A DNA stretch of 5,554 nucleotides. Source: a virus. Taxonomy: Duplodnaviria > Heunggongvirae > Uroviricota > Caudoviricetes. The translations under genes and the position numbers were made by a program. The DNA lies in IMG/VR virus record IMGVR_UViG_2778261464_000002, positions 1-5,554 of that record; one strand, given 5' to 3'. Positions within the stretch are counted from its first letter, which is position 1. Every line of letters begins with the position of its first letter. This document shows positions 1-5,554 of this stretch, in pieces. The notes below the pieces were generated by a model. The model saw only the letters and a program-made list of their open reading frames with translations, was not told the origin of the DNA and ran no database searches.

Positions 1-445
1 CAGCGAGCTTTGCTGGCGCTCCAGCAGCTTTTGCCGCTGTGCCAATTGGCAGGAGATACCCACCAATTGTTTCACCGGCTTGCGCGTAAGGGTCTGTCGG
101 TCGATCGACAGGGCGATAAACATCATCCAAAACCTTGGGGCCACCAAGCCCTTGGCTGATTGCATTAATCAGACTTGCGCCACCCTGCAATACGTCAAAT
201 GGTATGTTTACCAGACCACGACCAGCCTGCTCTGCAATTTGCCCTGCACTTTGACCACCTGTGAGCCAATCGCCAGCTTGTTGCATCAATGATGGTTCTT
301 CACGTGCTGGTTCATTATTGGCCTGATTAACTGTTTGTTGCTGAACAGCCTGACCAGCAAAATACTCATCAATGGCGGTGCCAATATCTTCCGTGCTCGT
401 GCCATCAGGGAAGGTAAATGTCTTACCGTTTGCAGTTACTTTCAT
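1..445 (-). CDS. gp16: Ejection (DNA-transfer) protein, P22 gp16-like; N-terminal 148 codons only, 3' end beyond window
   Basis: Minus-strand frame is open from ATG 445..443 to the window edge; hand translation gives [37 protein letters not shown]... A GGTGG Shine-Dalgarno at 455..451 sits 5 nt upstream of this ATG; an in-frame ATG at 448..446 is too close to the SD. The start overlaps the gp20-like TGA stop (447..445) by 1 nt. It is the last gene in the conserved P22 order 10-26-14-7-20-16. Missing from the ORF track only because it has no stop inside the window. Confidence 0.8.
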   Translation of the reverse strand, partial: MKVTANGKTFTFPDGTSTEDIGTAIDEYFAGQAVQQQTVNQANNEPAREEPSLMQQAGDWLTGGQSAGQIAEQAGRGLVNIPFDVLQGGASLINAISQGLGGPKVLDDVYRPVDRPTDPYAQAGETIGGYLLPIGTAAKAAGAPAKLA

Positions 446-1860
446 CATTCCACCGTAAATTGAATGCCTGATTTTGAGGTATATGACCCAACCTGATTCC
501 GTGGTTCTCCTGAAGGAGTCGAATCTTGTGCTGGCTCTGCGTCAGTATTCATTGACATATACCGCTTAACGGCACTCCCCAATGATTCACCTTTTTTAAC
601 ATCCAACCCCAATATCTGACCGCCATTACGCGATTGTCCAGGGTTGCCATTCGCGCTCATCCACTCGGCTTTAAACTCATTAAACTGCGCGTTTCGTCGC
701 TCAAGGTTTGCCATTGCATCAAGCCATCTTGCGACCGTCTCAGGGTTATCCATGTCAGTTGGCGCACCCTGTCGAACGATCTCAACGTCTTTATCCGTTG
801 CGGGGCCGGGAGGTAGGAATTTAAGAACCTGACTGTTAACAAGGGCATTTTGGCGAATGCGCAAATCACGCAATGTCGTATCGCTTCCGGTAAGTTTTGC
901 GAACATGTTCTGTGCGTTACCGAACAAACCTGTCGTTGGTTTTTCTGCTCTGAACTGTTGAGCAAGCGCACTCATGGAATTGGCTGAGTTTGATGATGCT
1001 GTGGCATTGTTTACAGCCGTCTCGATGCCTTTTTCCATGTTTACTGACAGCTTAGGTGCTTCGCTAATCAACTGCTGAGCCTTTTCCTGCGCTTGCTGCA
1101 TCTTAAACCCGAACTCTTGCTGATCCAGAGCCAAGCGTTGTGCTGCGATATTGTGCCCAGTCATTGCTGACTGATAGGAAAGGTTTTGCCCTCTCGCCTG
1201 AAGTGCTTCACCAGCCTGATTGCTGCGGATTGTCTCTGCCAGCCTGCTTCGGTCAATCTCACGACCAGCCATCTTGTCCTGCAAATCCCAATACTTTTCA
1301 TGGCCTAATGCAAACTGACCATATTGTCCGATAAGTTGTGATGTTGCTTGTGGGTCTTTTTGATACATGCTGAGGAGTTGTTGTGGGTCTACCCCCTGAT
1401 TAGACAATCTGGTTGCATTGTTTCCAATCCACTTGCTAAATGCATCACCACCCATCATGGAGGCAATTTGACCGCCTGCCGCTAGATTGCCAATTTCATC
1501 ACGCTGGTCTTCGTCTGCCCACTTCATACCAGACTGAATCTTCTCTAATTGACCAGGATATTTGGTCATCAGATCTCGCACCTGCTGTCGATCACCTGAC
1601 TGGATGGCTGCCGCATATTCTTTTTGGAATGCAGCATCCACTTCCTGTTGCTTTGCGGCTTGATATGTTTGAGCGACACTACCAAGCCCCTGCAACGCCT
1701 GAAGGCCGATGTTATTGCGACCTGAGCGCTCCATTTCGTTGTTCTGGCGAATATAGGCCAACGCCTCACTTACATCACTTGCCTTTGGCGCATTTGAGTT
1801 TTGCCCACCGATACCAGCAAGAAAACCGCCTGAGTTGATTCCTTGTTGCCAAGTAGCCAT
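445..1860 (-). CDS. gp20: Ejection (DNA-transfer) protein, P22 gp20-like, 471 aa
   Basis: Complete 471-aa ORF, the same length I recall for P22 gp20. Gln/Ala/Asn-rich and largely helical-looking, consistent with ejection proteins. AGGTGG-type SD at about 1870..1865 precedes ATG 1860..1858. Position immediately after the gp7-like gene and before the gp16-like gene matches P22/Sf6 synteny. Confidence 0.88.
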   Translation of the reverse strand: MATWQQGINSGGFLAGIGGQNSNAPKASDVSEALAYIRQNNEMERSGRNNIGLQALQGLGSVAQTYQAAKQQEVDAAFQKEYAAAIQSGDRQQVRDLMTKYPGQLEKIQSGMKWADEDQRDEIGNLAAGGQIASMMGGDAFSKWIGNNATRLSNQGVDPQQLLSMYQKDPQATSQLIGQYGQFALGHEKYWDLQDKMAGREIDRSRLAETIRSNQAGEALQARGQNLSYQSAMTGHNIAAQRLALDQQEFGFKMQQAQEKAQQLISEAPKLSVNMEKGIETAVNNATASSNSANSMSALAQQFRAEKPTTGLFGNAQNMFAKLTGSDTTLRDLRIRQNALVNSQVLKFLPPGPATDKDVEIVRQGAPTDMDNPETVARWLDAMANLERRNAQFNEFKAEWMSANGNPGQSRNGGQILGLDVKKGESLGSAVKRYMSMNTDAEPAQDSTPSGEPRNQVGSYTSKSGIQFTVE

Positions 1861-1869
1861 ATTCCCACC

Positions 1870-2544
1870 TTAAAACAATGATCCAAGACCACCGATAACA
1901 CCGCCAGCAAGAGCACCAATACCAGTCCCAATAACAGGAACTGCACTACCAATCATTGCACCTGATGCGGCCCCACCAATGGCACCTGTAGCAAAACTCT
2001 GTAGGCCTGAAGGCTTATTCGCATTTGCTGCCGCTGCTGCCGCCTGCTGTTGGTACAACTGGCTGACGTTGTTAGCGTAGTTCTGCCCGGCGTTTGCCTG
2101 ACCTGTAAGAGCACCAAGGCCAATGTTTGCCAGATTGTTGTAGTTGTTCATCTGACCTGACAGCCAGTTTTGACCGAGTGTAGGTGCGATTGCTGCTAAC
2201 TGGTTTCCTGTCGCTGTAGAGCCTAATCCACCCGTTGCCTCTGCTGCTGCCAGACTCTGATAGCGCGCCTGCCCTGCAAGGTCTTTGTACTGCTGGGAGT
2301 TGTAATACTGGTTAAGCGCCTGACCTTGCCCCTGAAGAGAAGAAAGATTCTGCAACTGTGATACGTACTGCTGAGCGAGTGGCGTGAACGGTGCAAGGTT
2401 CTGCATGTTCGTCTGCCACATTTCACGCTGCAATTCGATACCCTTTTCAGTTGCGCGGGCCTGCTCTTTTGCTCCGCTATCACTGCCACCTTTGCAGTAC
2501 ACAGCTTTGCTGAGGTGCTTATTGGCAATCTGGAAAATTAACAT
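1870..2544 (-). CDS. gp7: Ejection protein, P22 gp7-like, 224 aa
   Basis: 224-aa ORF (P22 gp7 is about 229 aa by recollection). Has a Gln/Asn/Ala-rich low-complexity tract and a Gly-rich hydrophobic C-terminus (GAIGGAASGAMIGSAVPVIGTGIGALAGGVIGGLGSLF). GAGGAG SD at 2557..2552, 7 nt upstream of ATG 2544..2542. Start lies 26 nt inside the 3' end of the gp14-like gene. Confidence 0.85.
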   Translation of the reverse strand: MLIFQIANKHLSKAVYCKGGSDSGAKEQARATEKGIELQREMWQTNMQNLAPFTPLAQQYVSQLQNLSSLQGQGQALNQYYNSQQYKDLAGQARYQSLAAAEATGGLGSTATGNQLAAIAPTLGQNWLSGQMNNYNNLANIGLGALTGQANAGQNYANNVSQLYQQQAAAAAANANKPSGLQSFATGAIGGAASGAMIGSAVPVIGTGIGALAGGVIGGLGSLF

Positions 2545-2998
2545 TCTTTAGCTCCTCGTATTTTGAGCGCGGTAACTGATAAATCGTGATTCCTACAGGC
2601 TTTCCATTGCTGGTATAAGCATCATCAAGGTGACCAACACGGGTAGCGCCAAGCAAACGGATAATTGACCGTCCGTATTTCGTTGTGTCAGGAACCATGG
2701 TGATGCTGTTAAGGAATGGTGAGTTTTCGAGAAGCCATTTGCAGAATAATCGATGCCCTTGCAGTGCATATTCACCACGGAATCCGGGGTCGTACACCGC
2801 ATGGCATTCAACAACGCTATGCCAGAAGTTACGCACTTCATGAACGCCAGCCAGCACTAATCCTTCGTAGATGCCGAGGTATACCGCATCAGGCTTGATG
2901 TAGTATTTATCTCCACTGTCTACGATATTTCCCGTGTTTGCCGGGTTGTTGAGGAATTCTGCAAGCTTCACCGGATTATCGATGAGCTTTATTTCCAT
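2519..2998 (-). CDS. gp14: gp14-like virion/ejection-associated protein, about 159 aa
   Basis: ORF track gives 2519..3001 with a GTG-derived first Met. I prefer ATG at 2998..2996 because GGAG at 3007..3004 is 5 nt upstream of it and only 2 nt from the GTG. This ATG overlaps the needle gene's TGA stop (3000..2998) by 1 nt. Size and position between the gp26-like and gp7-like genes match P22 gene 14; assignment is by synteny and size, not by remembered sequence. Confidence 0.7.
   Translation of the reverse strand: MEIKLIDNPVKLAEFLNNPANTGNIVDSGDKYYIKPDAVYLGIYEGLVLAGVHEVRNFWHSVVECHAVYDPGFRGEYALQGHRLFCKWLLENSPFLNSITMVPDTTKYGRSIIRLLGATRVGHLDDAYTSNGKPVGITIYQLPRSKYEELKNVNFPDCQ
2552..2557 (-). promoter_or_regulatory. 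Shine-Dalgarno (GAGGAG) for the gp7-like gene, embedded in the gp14-like coding sequence
   Basis: Minus-strand GAGGAG at 2557..2552, 7 nt upstream of ATG 2544..2542; it lies inside the gp14-like ORF, which ends at 2519. Confidence 0.55.
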
Positions 2999-3846
2999 CA
3001 CTGCTCCGCAATGATTTTGATGGTTGTGGCAGTAAACGCCGCACCATTAGACTGAATGGTTAACGTGCTGCCATTTGTGGCAAGAAAGCCGTCTTTATCA
3101 ACGCTAAAGAACGTAGCTAACAGGATGTTGTCGGTTGTTGTCGCCGAGTTGCGACTGCTTACCAGTGTGTCAGGAACAGAGCCGGAAAAAGTTAGCTGCA
3201 TTGACCTGTTGGCGGTTCCGCTGGGCCACGTCCCGACAATCGACAGCTTGAAGAACAGGGTTTTGTTCTCGTTAAACACAACCATCTTGTTGTTAACGGT
3301 GTCGAAGAATGGTGCCAACGTGCCGGATGACGGCGTGAGCGTTTTCAGCAGGCTAACAAGGTTGGTCGGCGCTGTCGGGATAGTTACAGATACGCCAGAG
3401 TAAACAACCTCTGATTTCTTGCGAGTAGTGGCATACTCAAGAGCATCGATGCGCGTCTCATGGTCTGAAAGCGTGTTTTGAATGGCGACAACTTCATCCG
3501 TCAGATAATCAATATCGTTTTCTGCTGTCGTTAATCGCGAATCAAGGCCGACTATCGCCGCTTCTGCGTTAGTGATCCTTGTTTCGTGGTCCTGTATCTT
3601 CGCTTCAGCCGATGCCAGTCGAATTTCGTGATCAACCAGAATCACATCCTGCTCATCGTTCCTGACCTGTGCATCATAAGCGCCTTGTCCGGCCTCGTTG
3701 GCCTTGTTCGCCACGTTACCAACATCAGTACCCTGTGCGATAACGTACAGCAGATATGACTGCGAGAAGATATTGCGTGGAAGGATTGATGTATCGAGCC
3801 GTGTAGCCTGAATGATTACCGGCTCATTGAGATTCGAATCAGCCAT
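2998..3846 (-). CDS. gp26: Tail needle (cell-envelope-penetrating) protein, P22 gp26-like N-terminus and coiled coil with Sf6-type C-terminal knob, 282 aa
   Basis: N-terminus [43 protein letters not shown]...NDEQDV closely matches what I recall of the P22 gp26 N-terminal hub-binding domain. Residues about 61-138 carry heptad-like repeats ([44 protein letters not shown]...). Residues about 140-282 are Ser/Thr/Gly-rich and beta-like, and the 282-aa total matches the Sf6 knob-bearing needle rather than the 233-aa P22 needle. GGAGG at 3858..3854 is 7 nt upstream of ATG 3846..3844; the ATG at 3852 used by the ORF track is only 1 nt from the SD. Confidence 0.88.
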   Translation of the reverse strand: MADSNLNEPVIIQATRLDTSILPRNIFSQSYLLYVIAQGTDVGNVANKANEAGQGAYDAQVRNDEQDVILVDHEIRLASAEAKIQDHETRITNAEAAIVGLDSRLTTAENDIDYLTDEVVAIQNTLSDHETRIDALEYATTRKKSEVVYSGVSVTIPTAPTNLVSLLKTLTPSSGTLAPFFDTVNNKMVVFNENKTLFFKLSIVGTWPSGTANRSMQLTFSGSVPDTLVSSRNSATTTDNILLATFFSVDKDGFLATNGSTLTIQSNGAAFTATTIKIIAEQ

Positions 3847-4384
3847 TAACATGCCTCCACGATTTACCAGACTGGATATTGTGAATCACCGTCTGACTGA
3901 CACAGTATTTTTTAGCAAGCTCTCTTTGATTAACTCCCTTTGATTTCTTTATTTCTATTACTTGCTCATATGAGAGCTTTGAAATTGGATTATTTTCTCC
4001 TTTTAAAGCCGGAAACTTCACCCTGCCTTGAGATGAGCAATGCTTCATATTCTCCTTTTGAGTGCACCACTCTAAATTAGAAGCATTATTATTTTTTGGG
4101 TTGTTATCTATGTGATTTATGAACGGCTTGCCTTCTGGGTTGGGGACGAAAGCAAGAGCGACAAGCCTATGCACAAGCCATTTTACTTTAACTCCATCAA
4201 CACTAAGTGGCAAATATAGATAACCTTTATTATTCTCGTGTTGTTTTAGCCACCGCCCCTTTCTGAGTTGCGTGCTGCCATGCGCAGCCTTAACAACACG
4301 TGAGTGAGAATATACTCGCCCATCCTCTGTTACGGCATATAAACCTTCATATCCAGGAATATCTTTTGCGTTTTCACTCAACAT
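3839..4384 (-). CDS. Free-standing HNH homing endonuclease (NUMOD4-like N-terminus, HNH_3-type core, C-terminal helix-turn-helix), 181 aa
   Basis: Residues 9-26 [18 protein letters not shown] resemble the NUMOD4 motif. Residues 72-115 [44 protein letters not shown] carry the His/Asn spacing of HNH_3-type nucleases. Residues about 136-178 ([43 protein letters not shown]) look like the HTH tail seen in I-HmuI-like enzymes. Strong AAGGAG SD at 4395..4390, 5 nt upstream of the ATG. Clearly lower GC than the flanks. Confidence 0.88.
   Translation of the reverse strand: MLSENAKDIPGYEGLYAVTEDGRVYSHSRVVKAAHGSTQLRKGRWLKQHENNKGYLYLPLSVDGVKVKWLVHRLVALAFVPNPEGKPFINHIDNNPKNNNASNLEWCTQKENMKHCSSQGRVKFPALKGENNPISKLSYEQVIEIKKSKGVNQRELAKKYCVSQTVIHNIQSGKSWRHVNG
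3854..3858 (-). promoter_or_regulatory. Shine-Dalgarno (GGAGG) for the tail needle gene, embedded in the last codons of the HNH ORF
   Basis: Minus-strand GGAGG at 3858..3854, 7 nt upstream of ATG 3846..3844; it lies inside the HNH coding sequence, which ends at 3839. Confidence 0.6.
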
Positions 4385-4389
4385 ATCTA

Positions 4390-4395
4390 CTCCTT
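4390..4395 (-). promoter_or_regulatory. Shine-Dalgarno (AAGGAG) for the HNH endonuclease gene
   Basis: Plus-strand CTCCTT at 4390..4395 reads AAGGAG on the minus strand, 5 nt upstream of ATG 4384..4382. Confidence 0.6.
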
Positions 4396-4405
4396 TAGTT
4401 TCGAT

Positions 4406-5554
4406 TTATGTTACACGAATAGAAAGGCCTGATAATGTAACAGGACCTTTTGCAATAACTCTGAATTTAAATCCAATGAGGCGTCTAACTCGACCAACTT
4501 TTCGCCATAAAACGCGATTGTCATATACAAATGGTTTTTGTAATACGACCATTTGCTCACGACCGTAATTAATTCCATCTGTAGTTGCTGATATAAATAT
4601 TCTATCTATTCTATCACACACGCCGCCAGATGTTTCTAATTCAAGGTCATTTATTAAAACGTTATCTGCCTTTATTAAAGGAGAATATAAAATATGTTCC
4701 TGTTGCTTGTCGTACTGGCTGCTGATGTCGAATTGCAGTTTCCCGGTAACAGATTCCAGCTTATCGCCACACGTTATCTGATTTCCTTCGTAAATGAAGT
4801 CAATAGCGCGGTACACATGGTCATACAGGCCTGTTTTCAGCACACACCATTGCGGACCATTGGCGCTTGAAGATGCGTCGTACACGAGGACATGGCGCGG
4901 AAGGTGGATAATCAGCAACTCATGAGCATCAAATCGCAGCGATTCCATCACACCATCAGCCAGTTCATCAGCAGTGTAGGAGCGGAGTATTTTCTCAATG
5001 CTCGCGCTGGCGATTGGTGATACCTGACCTGATCCGATGATGTATACAGACGGCGCACCCGTTGCCGGATTGCTGATAAACGCATACGAATCAGCGAATG
5101 GCGTTTTGCAGTAGGTTCCGGCGATTCCTTTTTGCACCATCAACGATGGCTGGGCGACATACAAAGCGGCACCAACAGTGGTTGCGCCCGTCAGGGAGAA
5201 ATATTCAATCGTCGATGAGCCAAAGCAGACGATGAAGTCTCGCCATGTTCCGATGCCGATGATGCCGTCAGGCTGCGACTCGGCACGATATTGTGCGCTG
5301 TAGCGGTCAGGATGTGATTCGTCTTCAAGGTCAGTGATGAACCATGAATCAGTTCCGTCTTTTGACCACGCATAACGCCCACGTAAGCGCGTAATGTCGC
5401 GGACTGAGCCTAACTCATACTGAGTAAAACCGCTGTCTGTAGGCCAGTTTGAGACGGTTTTAACCGTGCCATCATAACGATACTCGACCAGTTGACCATT
5501 AACGCCTACCGCCTGTGATGTCCGACCATGCGCCATTGATACACGACCACTTCC
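4406..5554 (-). CDS. gp10: Tail hub protein, P22 gp10-like; 5' end probably beyond window (383 codons in window)
   Basis: Minus-strand frame is open from the TAA stop at 4406..4408 to the window edge. The track's ATG at 5536 has no convincing SD and six sense codons lie upstream of it, so it is probably an internal Met (P22 gp10 is about 472 aa by recollection). Assigned by position immediately upstream of the needle gene, whose N-terminal domain docks on gp10 in P22. The 3' roughly 300 nt are AT-rich. Confidence 0.62.
   Translation of the reverse strand, partial: GSGRVSMAHGRTSQAVGVNGQLVEYRYDGTVKTVSNWPTDSGFTQYELGSVRDITRLRGRYAWSKDGTDSWFITDLEDESHPDRYSAQYRAESQPDGIIGIGTWRDFIVCFGSSTIEYFSLTGATTVGAALYVAQPSLMVQKGIAGTYCKTPFADSYAFISNPATGAPSVYIIGSGQVSPIASASIEKILRSYTADELADGVMESLRFDAHELLIIHLPRHVLVYDASSSANGPQWCVLKTGLYDHVYRAIDFIYEGNQITCGDKLESVTGKLQFDISSQYDKQQEHILYSPLIKADNVLINDLELETSGGVCDRIDRIFISATTDGINYGREQMVVLQKPFVYDNRVLWRKVGRVRRLIGFKFRVIAKGPVTLSGLSIRVT

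Larger units (their letters stand above)
3839..4710. mobile_element. Low-GC island: HNH homing endonuclease gene plus the 3' end of the gp10-like gene (putative homing/co-conversion tract)
   Basis: Hand-counted GC per 60-nt block is about 30-45% across 3901..4740 (lowest at 4561..4620, about 30%) against about 52-53% at 3001..3060 and 4801..4860. The shift on the upstream side falls inside the gp10-like reading frame near 4700-4740, not at a gene boundary. Confidence 0.5.

Noticed and set aside
41-50. Perfect 10-bp palindrome GCCAATTGGC (and TCGATCGA at 101..108)
   Set aside because: Palindromes of this length are expected by chance several times in 5.5 kb; both lie inside coding sequence with no flanking repeat structure or T-tract to suggest an operator or terminator.
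80-292. Plus-strand 70-aa ORF
   Set aside because: Entirely antisense to the gp16-like N-terminal coding region, which has a clear SD, start and synteny; no SD of its own and a Cys/Thr/Leu-rich composition typical of a wrong-frame read.
634-832. Two overlapping plus-strand ORFs (60 and 62 aa), and plus-strand ORFs at 1140..1334 and 2716..2898
   Set aside because: All antisense to strongly supported minus-strand genes, short, and without recognisable motifs or SD sequences.
1440-1838. Plus-strand 132-aa ORF (His/Pro/Leu-rich)
   Set aside because: Antisense to the gp20-like gene; composition typical of the reverse strand of a Gln/Ala-rich gene; no start context.
1770-1952. Minus-strand 60-aa highly hydrophobic ORF (LLLGLVLVLLLAVLSVVL) spanning the gp7/gp20 junction
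   Set aside because: It is the alternative-frame reading of the Gly-rich gp7 C-terminus (GGN codons read as Leu/Val-like codons); it overlaps two supported genes, so I treat it as a frame artefact rather than a small membrane protein.
2223-2528. Minus-strand 101-aa Arg/Ser/Cys-rich ORF nested in the gp7-like gene; similar nested ORFs at 657..971, 1569..1769, 2593..2841 and 5191..5382
   Set aside because: Alternative frames within longer, well-supported ORFs; basic and Cys-rich composition characteristic of out-of-frame translation.
2490-2544. Possible lipoprotein signal/lipobox at the gp7-like N-terminus (…SKAVYCKGG)
   Set aside because: No hydrophobic signal core precedes the Cys and AVYC is not a canonical lipobox; the N-terminus is polar. 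N-terminal processing of gp7 reported for P22 cannot be judged from sequence alone.
3056-3403. Plus-strand 115-aa ORF
   Set aside because: Antisense to the needle knob coding region; no ribosome-binding site; the needle ORF is far better supported.
4400-4470. Possible sigma70-like promoter for the HNH gene inside the 3' end of the gp10-like gene (TTGCAA ... CATTAT on the minus strand)
   Set aside because: Hexamers match consensus only 4/6 each and the spacing is about 12 nt, far from the 17 nt optimum; AT-rich DNA produces such matches readily.
1-5554. tRNA, rRNA, CRISPR repeats, integrase or attachment-site repeats
   Set aside because: No cloverleaf-compatible segments, no regularly spaced direct repeats, and no recombinase-like ORF seen; the window is continuous coding sequence on one strand.

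Overview
All supportable genes lie on the minus strand and form one co-directional, translationally coupled block that I recognise as the tail-hub / tail-needle / ejection-protein module of a P22-like podovirus (Sf6/HK620-type, probably a phage or prophage of an enterobacterial host). Reading in transcription order (high to low coordinate): a gp10-like tail hub protein (5' end beyond the window), a free-standing HNH homing endonuclease, a gp26-like tail needle with an Sf6-type C-terminal knob, gp14-like, gp7-like and gp20-like ejection proteins, and the N-terminus of gp16-like. The one clearly accessory element is the HNH endonuclease gene, which sits in a low-GC island (about 3839-4710, roughly 30-45% GC against about 52% in the flanks) that extends into the 3' end of the gp10-like gene. 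I see no tRNA, rRNA, CRISPR array, integrase, toxin-antitoxin or recognisable defence system, and none of the plus-strand ORFs in the track is convincing. Assignments rest on my reading of the translated ORFs, remembered family features and gene order; no database search was run. GC figures are hand counts over 60-nt blocks.
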